Source: Comamonadaceae bacterium (GTDB lineage Bacteria > Pseudomonadota > Gammaproteobacteria > Burkholderiales > Burkholderiaceae_C). From it: DNA of 64,000 nt. The stretch's first letter is position 1, and each line of letters opens with the position of its first letter. Shown one piece after another: positions 11,493 through 22,004 of the stretch. The stretch is taken from contig CANKRG010000001.1 of the NCBI GenBank assembly GCA_947485165.1, forward strand, positions 17,719-81,718, read 5' to 3'. The position numbers and the translations under genes were made by a program. The notes below the pieces were generated by a model that was not told the DNA's origin, searched no databases, and worked only from the letters and a program-made list of their open reading frames with translations.

Positions 11493-12620
11493 ATGACTAA
11501 AACGCTACTCAAAAGCGCAAAACGCATTGTTGTCAAAGTCGGCTCAAGTTTGGTGACCAACGAAGGCCGTGGCTTGGATGAAGCCGCCATTGCCCGCTGG
11601 TGTAGCCAAATCGCCAAGCTGCGCGCTGATGGCCGCGAAGTCATCATGGTTTCCAGCGGCGCGATTGCAGAAGGCATGAAGCGGCTGGGTTGGACGACTC
11701 GACCCAGCGCTATCCACGAGCTACAAGCGGCGGCAGCCGTCGGTCAAATGGGCTTGGCGCAGATGTATGAGACCAAACTGCGTGAAAATGCGCTTGGTTC
11801 TGCTCAAGTGCTGCTCACCCACGCTGACTTGGCTGACCGTGAGCGTTATTTGAACGCCAGATCGACGCTGTTAACGCTGCTGAAACATGGTGTTGTTCCT
11901 GTCATCAACGAAAACGACACGGTGGTCAACGAAGAAATCAAGGTTGGCGACAACGACACTTTGGGCGCTTTGGTCGCCAATTTGGTGGAAGCAGATGCCT
12001 TGATCATCTTGACCGATCAAAAAGGCCTGTACAACGCCGATCCGCGCAGCAACCCAGCCGCAGAATTCGTCCACGTCGGCCAAGCCGGTGACCCCGCTTT
12101 AGAAGCCATGGCTGGTGGAGCAGGCTCTAGCATTGGCCGTGGCGGCATGATCACCAAAATTTTGGCTGCCAAGCGCGCCGCAGGCTCAGGCGCATCCACG
12201 GTGATTGCTTGGGGCGCAGAGCCTGAAGTGTTGGTTCGACTTTCCCAAGGCGAATCGATTGGTACGCTGCTCATCGCGCAAACCCAGAAAAACCAAGCCC
12301 GCAAGCAGTGGATGATGGATCATTTGCAGCTGCGCGGTTCAGTCACTGTCGACGCGGGGGCTGTCAGTAAGCTGCAAAGTGTCGGTACCAGCTTGTTGCC
12401 GATTGGTATGACAAGTGTGGACGGCGATTTTTCGCGTGGTGATGTGATTGCCATACGCGATGCCGCAGGGTACGAGGTCGCCCGTGGTTTGGCTAATTAC
12501 GCCAGTTCGGAAGCGCGTTTGATCTGCCGAAAAGCCTCTAGCGAATTTGAGAAAGTGTTGGGTTACGCGGCAGAGCCAGAGATGATTCACCGCGACAACA
12601 TGGTGCTGTCGAAAACCTAA
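11493..12620 (+). CDS. proB: Glutamate 5-kinase
   Basis: 375-aa ORF with an amino-acid kinase domain ([10 protein letters not shown]) and a C-terminal PUA-like region. Confidence 0.95.
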   Translation: MTKTLLKSAKRIVVKVGSSLVTNEGRGLDEAAIARWCSQIAKLRADGREVIMVSSGAIAEGMKRLGWTTRPSAIHELQAAAAVGQMGLAQMYETKLRENALGSAQVLLTHADLADRERYLNARSTLLTLLKHGVVPVINENDTVVNEEIKVGDNDTLGALVANLVEADALIILTDQKGLYNADPRSNPAAEFVHVGQAGDPALEAMAGGAGSSIGRGGMITKILAAKRAAGSGASTVIAWGAEPEVLVRLSQGESIGTLLIAQTQKNQARKQWMMDHLQLRGSVTVDAGAVSKLQSVGTSLLPIGMTSVDGDFSRGDVIAIRDAAGYEVARGLANYASSEARLICRKASSEFEKVLGYAAEPEMIHRDNMVLSKT

Positions 12621-12629
12621 GTTCGCAAC

Positions 12630-13166
12630 CTAAGGCGCAGCTTTGTTCTTGAAAATAATCGTGGTTTTCTTCAACGACGTCACGATTTCATTCACGTTTT
12701 GAGCTGCCGTATTGCCCGTGCAAACGCCTTGCTTGGCCAACGCCAAAGCATGTTTGGAAGGCGCGTCATACATCGATATCCATTTGGGATCAGCAACCAC
12801 AACCCATGCTTTGCCAGCCGCTTCAGCTTCTTTGCTGACAATACGCGCATAGGTTTTAACCTCGCCCTTGCTGCAGTTGATGACTTCGTACAAAGCGTTG
12901 AACACACCACTTGAGCTGCGCGCCACCACCGCATAGCGCACCAAGCCATCGCCCACAATAGTGACACCTGTTGGGTCAAGCGCCCAGGCTAAATTCGACA
13001 CGGTGGACACTTCAAACGGCACCAAGCCCTTTGAATTCAAAGCAGGCGGCGGTGGTGCTTCGCTTTCTTTCCAATCGGGGTCGGTTGCCAGCAATTGCGC
13101 AAAGCCAGACGAAGCGAACGTCGAGCAGATAACCAGAGATGTAGCAAAGCGGGTAAAAAATGTCAT
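12630..13166 (-). CDS. CNP1-like family periplasmic/lipoprotein (function unknown)
   Basis: 178-aa ORF with an N-terminal signal sequence and the pattern DWKE...[32 protein letters not shown], as recalled for the CNP1-like family. There is a 4-bp overlap with rppH. Confidence 0.6.
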   Translation of the reverse strand: MTFFTRFATSLVICSTFASSGFAQLLATDPDWKESEAPPPPALNSKGLVPFEVSTVSNLAWALDPTGVTIVGDGLVRYAVVARSSSGVFNALYEVINCSKGEVKTYARIVSKEAEAAGKAWVVVADPKWISMYDAPSKHALALAKQGVCTGNTAAQNVNEIVTSLKKTTIIFKNKAAP

Positions 13167-13909
13167 AACGTAGATTTTTGCAACGTCGGATCTGCAGGCG
13201 TAGGCGTAGGCTCAGGCAAATTGGCTCCATTATCCGATGCCGACTGGACTGAGCCGTAGCTATCCTGCGGATCAGGCTCATAGCTACCGCCTGGTGGCAT
13301 TTCCATGTGGGCAACCTGGCTGTTCAAGCCATGGTAGCCGTGATGCCCGTCATGACCACGGCTGTCGCCATGCTGCACACCATGCAAGTCGTGTCGTAAA
13401 TCTGCCCGCAGATGGCGCGGGCCATGGTCGCTGCGCGGTAAATAGCGCGACAGCTCAGTCAGCGCCATCTCGTAAACACCGCGTTTGAACTCAACCACGG
13501 CATCCAGCGGCACCCAAAACTGGTTCCAACGCCAAGCGTCAAACTCGGGATGGTCGGTCGCGCGCAGGTTGACATTCGTGTCAAAGCCGGTCAGTTGCAG
13601 CATAAACCAAATCTGTTTTTGGCCTTTGTAAAAGCCACGCGCATCGCGTCGTATGAACCTGTCTGGCACCTCGTAGCGCAACCAGTCACGTGTTCGAGCC
13701 ACAATTCGCACATGCTCCGGATGGAGGCCCACTTCTTCATGCAACTCCCTGAACATGGCCTGCTCGGGGGTCTCACCCCGATCAATGCCACCCTGCGGAA
13801 ACTGCCACGAGTGGGTGCGAATGCGTTTGCCCCAAAATACCTGATTCTTCTGGTTGAGCAAGATGATGCCGACGTTGGGTCGAAACCCTTCGCGGTCAAG
13901 CATAATCAA
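13163..13909 (-). CDS. rppH: RNA pyrophosphohydrolase RppH (NudH) with a long His/Gly-rich C-terminal tail
   Basis: 248-aa ORF. The N-terminus [15 protein letters not shown] and Nudix box [23 protein letters not shown] match RppH. The last ~90 aa are low-complexity. Confidence 0.88.
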   Translation of the reverse strand: MIMLDREGFRPNVGIILLNQKNQVFWGKRIRTHSWQFPQGGIDRGETPEQAMFRELHEEVGLHPEHVRIVARTRDWLRYEVPDRFIRRDARGFYKGQKQIWFMLQLTGFDTNVNLRATDHPEFDAWRWNQFWVPLDAVVEFKRGVYEMALTELSRYLPRSDHGPRHLRADLRHDLHGVQHGDSRGHDGHHGYHGLNSQVAHMEMPPGGSYEPDPQDSYGSVQSASDNGANLPEPTPTPADPTLQKSTL

Positions 13910-14057
13910 ACCCTAAATTTTTATATTGAGTCCATTATGCACAGAGCGTTGCCTCTCGCAAGAGATTCACCTAAAAATTCTAAGAAATTACAATCAAGCT
14001 AGTCAATTATTTTTAAATAAATTCGTTTAAATTTCCAAGTCCTTTAAAAAGCCCGCC

Positions 14058-15812
14058 ATGAAAGCCTCCCAATTCTTTATCTCCACCTTCAAAGAAGCCC
14101 CAGCCGACGCTGAAATCGCCAGCCACCAGTTGATGATGCGTGCCGGTATGATCAAAAAGCTAGGCGCTGGCATCTACACCTACATGCCCATGGGCTTGCG
14201 CGTCATCCGCAAGGTCGAAGCCATCGTGCGCGAGGAAATGAACCGTGCTGGTGCGATTGAAGTCTCCATGCCCGTCATCCAGCCCGCCGAGTTGTGGCAA
14301 GAAACCGGTCGCTTCGAGAAAATGGGCGACGAGCTGCTGCGTATCAAAGACCGCCATGACCGCGACTTCATCGTCCAGCCCACCAGTGAAGAGGTGGTGA
14401 CCGACTTGGCCCGCCAAGAGATCAAAAGTTACAAACAATTACCCAAAAACTTCTACCAAATTCAGACCAAATTCCGCGACGAGCGCCGCCCGCGCTTCGG
14501 CCTGATGCGCGGGCGCGAGTTCACCATGAAAGACGCCTACAGCTTTGACCGCGACATGGACAGCGCCAAAGCCAGCTACCAGGTCATGGCAGGTGCCTAC
14601 CGCAAGATTTTCGACCGCTTTGGCCTGACCTACCGCGCGGTGGCGGCCGACAGCGGCGCGATTGGTGGCGATTTGAGCGAAGAGTTCCAGGTCATCGCCG
14701 CCACGGGTGAAGACGCCATCGTCTACAGCACCGGCAGCGACTACGCCGCTAACATGGAAAAAGCTGAAGCGGCAGCACCTGTTGCATCTGGCAAAGTCGG
14801 CACGCAAGCCATGAGCAAAACTGCCACACCGGGCAAATCCACCTGTGCCGACGTGGCTGAACTGCTGGGTTTGCCACTACAACAAACCGTCAAATCCCTC
14901 GTTTTGGCGACGGATCAAAAAGATGACAAAGGCAATGTTGTCAAAACCCAAGTCTGGCTCTTGCTGCTGCGTGGTGACCACGACATGAACGAAGTCAAAG
15001 TCGGCAAACTGGCTGGTTTGACCGATTTCCGCTTTGCTACCGTGCCCGAAATCGAAGCGCACTTTGGTTGCCAACCCGGTTATTTGGGGCCGATATTCAA
15101 AGATTCAGAGATGAAGCTGCCCGTCAAACTGGTGGTTGACCGCGAGGTTGCCGTCATGACGGATTGGGTTTGTGGTGCCAATGAACCCGATTTCCACATG
15201 ACGGGTGTGAACTGGGGGCGTGACTTGCCAATGCCCGAAATCGTCGCCGACCTGCGCAACGTCGTCGCCGGCGACGCCTCGCCAGATGGCAAAGGCGTCT
15301 TGGCGATTGAGCGTGGCATCGAAATCGGCCACGTTTTCTACCTAGGCACCAAATACAGCAAAGCCATGAACGCCACGTTTTTGGACAACAACGGCAAGCC
15401 GCAGTTCCTAGAAATGGGCTGCTACGGTATCGGCATCACCCGCCTGCCGGCAGCCGCCATTGAGCAAAACCACGACGCCAAAGGCATCATCTGGCCAGAC
15501 GCGATTGCGCCATTCACCGTCATTATCTGCATGGTCGGCCCAGACCGCAGCCCAGACGTCAAAGCCACTGGCGAAAAGCTCTACGCCGAGTTGCTGGCTG
15601 CTGGTGTGGACGTGATGTTGGACGACCGTGGCGAGCGCCCAGGCATCATGTTTGCCGAGTGGGAACTGATAGGCGTGCCGCACCGCGTCACCATTGGCGA
15701 CAAGAGCCTCAAAGACGGCCAAGTCGAATACCAGCACCGCCGTGATGCGGAAGCAACCAAGGTGGCTGTGGGTGAAGTGTTTGCACACGTCATGTCTAAA
15801 CTGAAGGTGTGA
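14058..15812 (+). CDS. proS: Proline--tRNA ligase
   Basis: 584-aa ORF starting [35 protein letters not shown], with class II aaRS motifs and the bacterial-type editing insertion. Confidence 0.97.
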   Translation: MKASQFFISTFKEAPADAEIASHQLMMRAGMIKKLGAGIYTYMPMGLRVIRKVEAIVREEMNRAGAIEVSMPVIQPAELWQETGRFEKMGDELLRIKDRHDRDFIVQPTSEEVVTDLARQEIKSYKQLPKNFYQIQTKFRDERRPRFGLMRGREFTMKDAYSFDRDMDSAKASYQVMAGAYRKIFDRFGLTYRAVAADSGAIGGDLSEEFQVIAATGEDAIVYSTGSDYAANMEKAEAAAPVASGKVGTQAMSKTATPGKSTCADVAELLGLPLQQTVKSLVLATDQKDDKGNVVKTQVWLLLLRGDHDMNEVKVGKLAGLTDFRFATVPEIEAHFGCQPGYLGPIFKDSEMKLPVKLVVDREVAVMTDWVCGANEPDFHMTGVNWGRDLPMPEIVADLRNVVAGDASPDGKGVLAIERGIEIGHVFYLGTKYSKAMNATFLDNNGKPQFLEMGCYGIGITRLPAAAIEQNHDAKGIIWPDAIAPFTVIICMVGPDRSPDVKATGEKLYAELLAAGVDVMLDDRGERPGIMFAEWELIGVPHRVTIGDKSLKDGQVEYQHRRDAEATKVAVGEVFAHVMSKLKV

Positions 15813-16492
15813 GTTTGAACGACGATTGCGCTGATTCTAATGAAGTAAGCAGAATAAGCAGGCGAAAAGTTCTGCTAAAAGCAATAAAACCGGCGTATTT
15901 ATTACCTATACCGCTATTATTTTCAGAGCAATCTCAAGCTGGTGCGCAAATTGAAGAACCGATGATGGACTCGGTTCGCATTGCATTGCGTGCTGCAGTT
16001 CATAGTTCGGCACCGCCGATTCCTGAATTCAAAGATACAGAGTCTTATCTCAAATACCTGCGGTGGTTAGGTGAGATGAGTGACCGTTTGCAGCCCAAAA
16101 AACGCGACTTTCAAACCCGCAAAGAGTTTTTGCAAACCGTCTGGTACGAAAGCAGACGTGCGGGCTTGGACACGGCTTTGGTGCTGGGTTTAATCCAAGT
16201 AGAAAGCAATTTCCGCAAATACGCCATCAGCTTGGTAGGAGCGCGTGGCTACATGCAAATCATGCCATTTTGGCTGCGTGTGCTGGCTGAAGAGGATGGT
16301 AAGCACAGCACCAGCCATCTATTCAATATGCAAACCAACATCCGCTTCGGCTGCGTCATCCTGCGCCACTACCTAGACCGCGAACGCGGAGATTTGCTCA
16401 TGGGCTTAGGCCGATACAACGGCAGCCGAGGCAAGGCCGCGTATCCAGATGCGGTTTTTGCGGCTAAGAAGAAGTGGGAATTTGCAGGGTGA
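15809..16492 (+). CDS. Lytic transglycosylase (SLT domain) protein; start codon uncertain
   Basis: 227-aa ORF with a GTG start overlapping the proS stop. The SLT catalytic region is [28 protein letters not shown]. The N-terminal RRKVLL... signal-like region is partly encoded by a repeat copy. Confidence 0.75.
   Translation: MSLNDDCADSNEVSRISRRKVLLKAIKPAYLLPIPLLFSEQSQAGAQIEEPMMDSVRIALRAAVHSSAPPIPEFKDTESYLKYLRWLGEMSDRLQPKKRDFQTRKEFLQTVWYESRRAGLDTALVLGLIQVESNFRKYAISLVGARGYMQIMPFWLRVLAEEDGKHSTSHLFNMQTNIRFGCVILRHYLDRERGDLLMGLGRYNGSRGKAAYPDAVFAAKKKWEFAG
15886..15929 (-). repeat. Interspersed ~45-bp repeat, copy inside the 5' end of the SLT ORF
   Basis: CCGGCGTATTTATTACCTAtaccGCTATtattttcAGAGC. 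CCGGCGTATTTATT matches the 18942-18955 segment of the 18936-18981 copy at all 14 positions. It encodes residues [14 protein letters not shown] of the annotated ORF. Confidence 0.75.
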
Positions 16493-16520
16493 AGGCGCTT
16501 AAATCGTTTTTAGAGAATTT

Positions 16521-17315
16521 ATGATGAAACTTAAAATTTACGTTGTTGATGCATTTACAAAAGACCAGTTTGCAGGCAATCAAGCGGCAGTTGTTTTACT
16601 AGAGGACTGGTTAGCGACAGATGCTATGCAAAACATTGCTAGTGAAAATAATTTGTCTGAAACCGCTTTTGTCGTTTGCAATTCATCAGGCGTATTTGAA
16701 ATTCGTTGGTTTTCACCCATTAAAGAAATTGATTTTTGTGGGCATGCCACATTGGCTAGCGCACACGTCATTTTTACAAATCGAAAAGAGGTTTTTGAAA
16801 TAAAATTTTGGGCAAAAGCAGTGGGTACCTTAACTGTTAAAAATACAGACGGTAATCTTATCGAAATGGCATTTCCAAACAGAGAACCCATTGAGATTGC
16901 TGAAGTCCCAGCGGCTCTAAGCAATGGTCTGTCAATTATGCCCATCGCATACCTGCAAAATAATCAAGCTTATTTTGCAGTTATGTCCAATGAAGAGCAG
17001 GTTAGATCAATTGTTCCAGATTTGGAAAAGTTAAAAACTCTTGATTCTCTCGATGTTGTGGTAACAGCCGCAGGCAAAGACTTTGATTTTGTATCGCGGT
17101 ATTTTTGGCCTGCAAATGGCGGTGCAGAAGATCCGGTTACTGGCTCAATACACGCAGGTCTAGCACCATATTGGGCAAAGAAGCTCAATAAATCTAATTT
17201 AGTGGCTTTGCAAGCATCTAAACGTAAAGGAATACTGTATTGCCGAGTCGAATCAAACACTGTGTTTGTTGCAGGATATTGCGTTAGCTACCTAGAAGGC
17301 TACATTCGCATTTGA
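16521..17315 (+). CDS. PhzF-family isomerase
   Basis: 264-aa ORF: VDAFT...GNQAAVV...SETAF...RWFSP..E..FCGHATLA is the PhzF/YddE family pattern. Confidence 0.85.
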   Translation: MMKLKIYVVDAFTKDQFAGNQAAVVLLEDWLATDAMQNIASENNLSETAFVVCNSSGVFEIRWFSPIKEIDFCGHATLASAHVIFTNRKEVFEIKFWAKAVGTLTVKNTDGNLIEMAFPNREPIEIAEVPAALSNGLSIMPIAYLQNNQAYFAVMSNEEQVRSIVPDLEKLKTLDSLDVVVTAAGKDFDFVSRYFWPANGGAEDPVTGSIHAGLAPYWAKKLNKSNLVALQASKRKGILYCRVESNTVFVAGYCVSYLEGYIRI

Positions 17316-17342
17316 ATACATTTCAATAGCAATTTTTTGAAT

Positions 17343-17386
17343 CTAGCCGTTGTATTTATTGTCTAAACAGCTATCAATTTAATAGT
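17343..17386 (-). repeat. Interspersed ~45-bp repeat, copy 3
   Basis: CTAGCCGttGTATTTATTGtCTAAacaGCTATcaatttaATAGt in the phzF-yghU spacer. Confidence 0.8.
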
Positions 17387-17412
17387 AAAAATCACACTTA
17401 TAAAGGCGAATC

Positions 17413-18279
17413 ATGACCGATTACGTACCCCCTTCCGTTTGGACTTGGGACCAAGCCAGCGGCGGCAAGTTTGCCAATATCAACCGGCCAATTGCAGGGG
17501 CGACGCATGAGAAAGACCTGCCGGTGGGCAAGCACCCGTTTCAGCTGTATTCACTGGCAACGCCGAATGGCGTGAAAGTTACCGTGATGCTTGAAGAGTT
17601 GCTTGAATCGGGCTACACGGGGGCGGAATATGACGCGTGGTTGATTCGCATCAGCGAGGGTGACCAGTTTGGCAGCGGGTTTGTGGCGGTGAACCCCAAC
17701 TCAAAGATTCCGGCGCTGATGGATCGCAGTGGCGTTGCAGCCGGTATTGCTCCGTTTCGGGTGTTTGAATCTGGCGCTATTTTGCTGCATTTAGCGGAAA
17801 AGTTTGGGGCTTTTATGCCCACGGACACCGCAAAACGGGCGGAATGCCTGTCTTGGTTGTTTTGGCAAATGGGCAGCGCGCCGTATTTGGGCGGCGGTTT
17901 CGGCCATTTTTACGCCTATGCGCCTACCAAAATGGAATACCCGATCAACCGCTTCGCCATGGAAGTCAAACGCCAACTGAACGTGCTAGACCGCCGGCTG
18001 GCGGACAACCACTATTTGACTGGAGACGAGTACACCATTGCCGACATGGCGGTGTGGGCTTGGTACGGCGCACTTGCGATGGGCTTGCAATACGAGGCGG
18101 GCGAATTTTTGCAAGTGCAAGACTACACCCACGTACAGCGCTGGACGAAAGAGATAGCCAAGCGCCCCGCTGTGCAACGCGGCCGCATGGTGAACCGCGT
18201 GGTCGGCAAGCCAGAGAGCCAATTGCATGAGCGGCACGACGCCAGTGATTTTCAAACCAAGCTGCAAAAGGCTGAATAA
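17413..18279 (+). CDS. yghU: Nu-class glutathione S-transferase YghU-like
   Basis: 288-aa ORF. VWTWDQASGGKFANINRPIAGATHEKDLPVGKHPFQLYSLATPNGVKVTVMLEELL is closely collinear with E. coli YghU as I recall it. Confidence 0.88.
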   Translation: MTDYVPPSVWTWDQASGGKFANINRPIAGATHEKDLPVGKHPFQLYSLATPNGVKVTVMLEELLESGYTGAEYDAWLIRISEGDQFGSGFVAVNPNSKIPALMDRSGVAAGIAPFRVFESGAILLHLAEKFGAFMPTDTAKRAECLSWLFWQMGSAPYLGGGFGHFYAYAPTKMEYPINRFAMEVKRQLNVLDRRLADNHYLTGDEYTIADMAVWAWYGALAMGLQYEAGEFLQVQDYTHVQRWTKEIAKRPAVQRGRMVNRVVGKPESQLHERHDASDFQTKLQKAE

Positions 18280-18296
18280 ATGAAGGTTGAACAAGC

Positions 18297-18929
18297 ATGA
18301 TCACCCTCTACGACTGCGCCACCGCCCCCAGTCCACGCCGTGCGCGTATTTTGTTGGCTGAAAAGGGCATCGCGCACGAAACAGTTCAAGTCGATTTGCG
18401 CAACAAAGAGCAGCTCAGCGATGCCTTTCGCGCCATCAATCCGCAGTGCACCGTGCCCGCGCTGCGTACAGAGGAAGGCGATGTTTTCACAGACAACGCA
18501 GCCATTGCCGCCTACCTAGAAGCCCGCTACCCACAGCCGCCGCTGTTGGGAACGACGCCAGCCCAGAAGGCCGAAATCGCCAGTTGGCACTGGCGCGTTG
18601 AATTTGAAGGCCTGCTCGCCATTGCCGAAGCTTTGCGCAACAGCGCCCCGGCCATGGCAAACCGCGCTTTGCCTGGCCCCGTGGACTATGCCCAAATCCC
18701 AGAGCTGGCGCAGCGCGGTCTTGCCCGGGTGCAGCAGTTCATGGACATGTTGGATGCGCATTTGGCTCATCGTGCGTTCGTAGCGGCAGACCAGTTCAGC
18801 ATCGTTGACATCACCGCCGTCGTCGCCATCGACTTTGCACGCGTGGTGCGGGTGAAACCGGGGGAGCAGCATGTTAACTTGCTGCGTTGGCGTGAAGATA
18901 TGGCGAAAAGACCTTCATTTAGCCTATAA
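18297..18929 (+). CDS. Glutathione S-transferase family protein
   Basis: 210-aa ORF with an N-terminal thioredoxin-like GST domain (ITLYDCATAPSPRRARILLAEKGI) and a C-terminal GST helical domain. Confidence 0.8.
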   Translation: MITLYDCATAPSPRRARILLAEKGIAHETVQVDLRNKEQLSDAFRAINPQCTVPALRTEEGDVFTDNAAIAAYLEARYPQPPLLGTTPAQKAEIASWHWRVEFEGLLAIAEALRNSAPAMANRALPGPVDYAQIPELAQRGLARVQQFMDMLDAHLAHRAFVAADQFSIVDITAVVAIDFARVVRVKPGEQHVNLLRWREDMAKRPSFSL

Positions 18930-18935
18930 ATGCAA

Positions 18936-18981
18936 CTCTAGCCGGCGTATTTATTGCCTAAGATGCTATTAATTAAATAGC
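18936..18981 (-). repeat. Interspersed ~45-bp repeat, copy 4 (closest to consensus)
   Basis: CTCTAGCCGGCGTATTTATTGCCTAAgatGCTATtaattaaATAGC, 7 bp after the GST stop codon. Confidence 0.85.
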
Positions 18982-19018
18982 AAAAAAGCGCCTCCACAGT
19001 GAAGTGACGGCGCTTTTT
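18982..19018. terminator. Bidirectional rho-independent terminator between convergent GST and grxD
   Basis: AAAAAA-GCGCCtcCAC-agtgaa-GTGacGGCGC-TTTTT: an interrupted stem flanked by an A-run and a T-run. Confidence 0.65.
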
Positions 19019-19035
19019 AATGGGCAAAGCGTTGA

Positions 19036-19371
19036 TTAAGCCATGCTCGGTGGCGTCGTTCCCAGGGCCTGCACCAGCTCGCCGCTTTCATACATCTCCA
19101 TCATGATGTCCGAACCGCCGATGAACTCGCCTTTGACGTACAGCTGCGGAATCGTCGGCCAGTTGCTGTATTCCTTGATGCCTTGGCGCACTTCGTCGTC
19201 TTCCAGCACGTTGACGGTCTGGATGCCTTTGGTGTCCACGCCGCAGGCTTTCAAAATTTGAATCGCACGGCCAGAAAAACCACATTGTGGGAAGCTGGCG
19301 TTGCCTTTCATGAAAAGCACAACGTCGTTGGATTTGACCAGTTGGTCGATGCGGGTTTGGGTGTCTGACAT
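19036..19371 (-). CDS. grxD: Monothiol glutaredoxin Grx4/GrxD
   Basis: CGFS active site (PQCGFSGRA). I place the start at [12 protein letters not shown] (ATG 19369-19371). The 135-aa ORF-track version carries a non-homologous 24-aa N-terminal extension. Confidence 0.9.
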   Translation of the reverse strand: MSDTQTRIDQLVKSNDVVLFMKGNASFPQCGFSGRAIQILKACGVDTKGIQTVNVLEDDEVRQGIKEYSNWPTIPQLYVKGEFIGGSDIMMEMYESGELVQALGTTPPSMA

Positions 19372-19588
19372 GTTGTTCCTCAAAAATCGATATGAATATG
19401 ACTCAATTATGCAGCAAGCAAATAGATGGTGTGATCTTTGCATATTTATGCAGCTATTTTTTGTGCAACAGCTTGGCGATATTCGTAAGTCATATAGTGC
19501 CTCAATCTGGTGCTACTGTAGATTGAAGCCACTAGAATACGGATAATTCGTTTCACTTCAAAACCAATCATATTTTCAGGATTTTTAG

Positions 19589-20566
19589 ATGTTTAAAGCA
19601 CTTTTACTCAATAAAGCGGACAGCTTCTCGGCGACGGTGCAAGCCGTGGATTCGGCAAACCTGCCGGCTGGTGACGTTACCGTGGCGGTCGAATATTCAA
19701 CCCTGAACTACAAAGACGGCTTGGCAATCACCAATAAAGGCCCCGTCGTACGCAACTGGCCTATGGTGGCTGGCATTGATGGAGCAGGAACTGTGCTGGA
19801 GTCTGCTCATCCCGACTGGAAGCCGGGCGACTCTTTTATTCACAACGGGTGGGGCGTGGGGGAAACCCATTGGGGCTGCTTGGCTGAAAAGGCAAGGCTC
19901 AAGGGTGACTGGTTGGTCAAGCTGCCAGCCGCGTTTACGACTCGTCAAGCCATGTGTATCGGAACAGCCGGTTATACGGCCATGCTTTGCGTGATGGCGT
20001 TAGAGGATCATGGCGTCAAACCAGGTGATGGAGAAGTGTTGGTCACGGGCGCAACCGGTGGCGTCGGCAGTGTTGCCGTGGCTTTGCTGGCAAAACTGGG
20101 CTACAAAGTGGTTGCGGCAACGGGCAAGCTGAGTGAAGAGGGTTATCTCAAATCTTTAGGTGCATCAGCCATCATGGATCGCGCGGAACTATCGCAACCG
20201 GGTAAACCTTTCCAAAAAGAACGTTGGGCAGGTGTCGTAGACGCCGTGGGCTCCAACACGCTTGCCAATGCGCTGGCGCAAACACGCTACGGCGGCACGG
20301 TGGCGGCTTGTGGCCTCGCTCAAGGTATGGATTTACCGACGACCGTGATGCCATTCATTTTGCGCGGCGTGACGCTGGTGGGTGTTGATTCGGTCATGGC
20401 GCCCATTGCCCTGCGTCAACGAGCTTGGAGCCGTTTGGCGCAGGATCTGGACCCTACACTGCTCGAAAGCATGATCGAAGAAGTGCCCTTAGAAGCCGCC
20501 ATCGACAAAGCACATGCCTTGATGGACGGTAAAGTGCGCGGGCGCGTGGTTGTGCGCATCGCTTGA
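19589..20566 (+). CDS. acuI: YhdH/AcuI-family NADPH-dependent oxidoreductase (MDR superfamily, acrylyl-CoA reductase-like)
   Basis: 325-aa ORF. SLNYKDGLAITNKGPVVRNWPMVAGIDGAGTV and GATGGVGS are characteristic of the YhdH/YhfP subgroup. Confidence 0.78.
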   Translation: MFKALLLNKADSFSATVQAVDSANLPAGDVTVAVEYSTLNYKDGLAITNKGPVVRNWPMVAGIDGAGTVLESAHPDWKPGDSFIHNGWGVGETHWGCLAEKARLKGDWLVKLPAAFTTRQAMCIGTAGYTAMLCVMALEDHGVKPGDGEVLVTGATGGVGSVAVALLAKLGYKVVAATGKLSEEGYLKSLGASAIMDRAELSQPGKPFQKERWAGVVDAVGSNTLANALAQTRYGGTVAACGLAQGMDLPTTVMPFILRGVTLVGVDSVMAPIALRQRAWSRLAQDLDPTLLESMIEEVPLEAAIDKAHALMDGKVRGRVVVRIA

Positions 20567-20601
20567 AATTTTTTTGCTCAAGTAGTCAACTTAAATTTAA
20601 A

Positions 20602-21438
20602 TTAACCCAGCCACTGCCCACCCGTACACCGATCAATCCCCGCCAAATCAAGCTGGCTTTGCACCTGCTTGAAACCGTGCTGCGACAGCAAATCGCGCAC
20701 CTCAGCCGCTTGGTCGAAACCATGTTCTAGCAGGAGCCAGCCATAAGGAGTCAAAAACAGCGGCGCTTGGGTGATGATGTGGCGGATATCGTCCAAACCA
20801 TCAGCACCCGACGTAAGCGCCTGTTTCGGTTCATGCGCCAGCGCGGTCATGTGCCAGTCGCCTTCGACGATGTAGGGCGGGTTGCTGACGATCAGGTCGA
20901 ATTTCGTGGTTTTAGATTCAACAAACGCGTCAAACCATGAGCTTTGCATGAAATTAACGTTTAAATTCAAACGCTTGGCGTTTTTTTGCGCGACGGCTAA
21001 AGCGTCTGCACTGGCATCTAAGGCGGTGACTTGCCAATCGGGGCGGACAGATTTCAGCGCCAAAGCAATCGCGCCGCTGCCAGTACCCATGTCGAGAACC
21101 GTGCTGGCTGTCTCAAAAGTCAGCGCCCACTCCACCAATGTTTCTGTATCAGGGCGGGGCACCAAAACGCGGTTGTCGATCTGCAAATCGAGCCCAAAAA
21201 ACGGCTTGCTGCCCACGATGTAGGCCAGCGGCTCACCCGCTAAACGGCGCTGGCACAGGGTTTGGAAGGTGCGGGCAGCGGGATCGCTCAGCACCTCATC
21301 GTCATGCGTGATGAGCCATGCGCGGTCAGTCTGCGAACGGCCTAGTGCATGCAGCATCAGCAGCTGTGCGTCTAGGCGCTCAATGCCTTTTTGAGTGTCA
21401 GATTGAACGGCGGATTGGAGGTGAAGTTGGATGTTCAA
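20602..21438 (-). CDS. prmC: Release-factor glutamine N5-methyltransferase PrmC (HemK)
   Basis: 278-aa ORF with SAM motif LDMGTGSGAIAL and catalytic NPPY (SNPPYIV). Confidence 0.92.
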   Translation of the reverse strand: MNIQLHLQSAVQSDTQKGIERLDAQLLMLHALGRSQTDRAWLITHDDEVLSDPAARTFQTLCQRRLAGEPLAYIVGSKPFFGLDLQIDNRVLVPRPDTETLVEWALTFETASTVLDMGTGSGAIALALKSVRPDWQVTALDASADALAVAQKNAKRLNLNVNFMQSSWFDAFVESKTTKFDLIVSNPPYIVEGDWHMTALAHEPKQALTSGADGLDDIRHIITQAPLFLTPYGWLLLEHGFDQAAEVRDLLSQHGFKQVQSQLDLAGIDRCTGGQWLG

Positions 21439-21451
21439 AAAATGAATAAAC

Positions 21452-21497
21452 GCTATAAAAATAATAGCGCATTAGGTAATAAATACGTCGGCTAGAG
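21452..21497 (+). repeat. Interspersed ~45-bp repeat, copy 5
   Basis: GCTATaaaaataATAGCgcaTTAGGtAatAAATACgtcGGCTAGAG, 14 bp upstream of the prmC start codon. Confidence 0.85.
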
Positions 21498-21703
21498 TGC
21501 TATTTTTATGTCTAAAGGACTGGGCTTAAGTATTTTTGAGTTTAGCACGCCGTGTTTAAGGCCAAGGCCCTTGAGCTAAGCAATTTTCTACGGCCAACTG
21601 GCCTGCAGCGACGTTGTTGTGAGGCTGCTGCAGGCGCTCAGGCCCGCCAGTGGCACGGCAAAACACAGGCGTTTCACCGAACGCAAGCTAGGAAAACAGC
21701 CGG

Positions 21704-21892
21704 TCATGTCCTCTCGGACCACTGCACCCCGCCGGTCGCCCAATTTTGGCGCGGAATGTCAAACAGCACAACGTCCACAGAGTCTGGTTTTGACCCTAGG
21801 CTCTCAACGACGGCCTTTGTCAGCGCTTTGACGAGAGCGGTTTTTTGCTCTGGCGTGCGGCCTTCAAGCAGTTCTACACGGATGGTGGGCAT
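21704..21892 (-). CDS. 4-oxalocrotonate tautomerase family enzyme
   Basis: 62-aa ORF starting MPTIRVELLEGRTPEQKTALVKALTKAV. Pro1 after Met and the length are typical of 4-OT. Confidence 0.85.
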   Translation of the reverse strand: MPTIRVELLEGRTPEQKTALVKALTKAVVESLGSKPDSVDVVLFDIPRQNWATGGVQWSERT

Positions 21893-22004
21893 AAGTCATT
21901 CCTCTTGATAAGTTTTAAAAGCATGGCAGTTGCATAGGTTAATCTAAAACGCAGATACTACAACTTGTCCATCAACTGTACAAACGATAAAACGGAGAAT
22001 ACTC

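Noticed and set aside
21552-21908. 118-aa plus-strand ORF overlapping the 4-OT gene
   Set aside because: It is antisense to a well-supported 4-oxalocrotonate tautomerase ORF and has an Arg/Ala/Ser-rich composition with no motifs.
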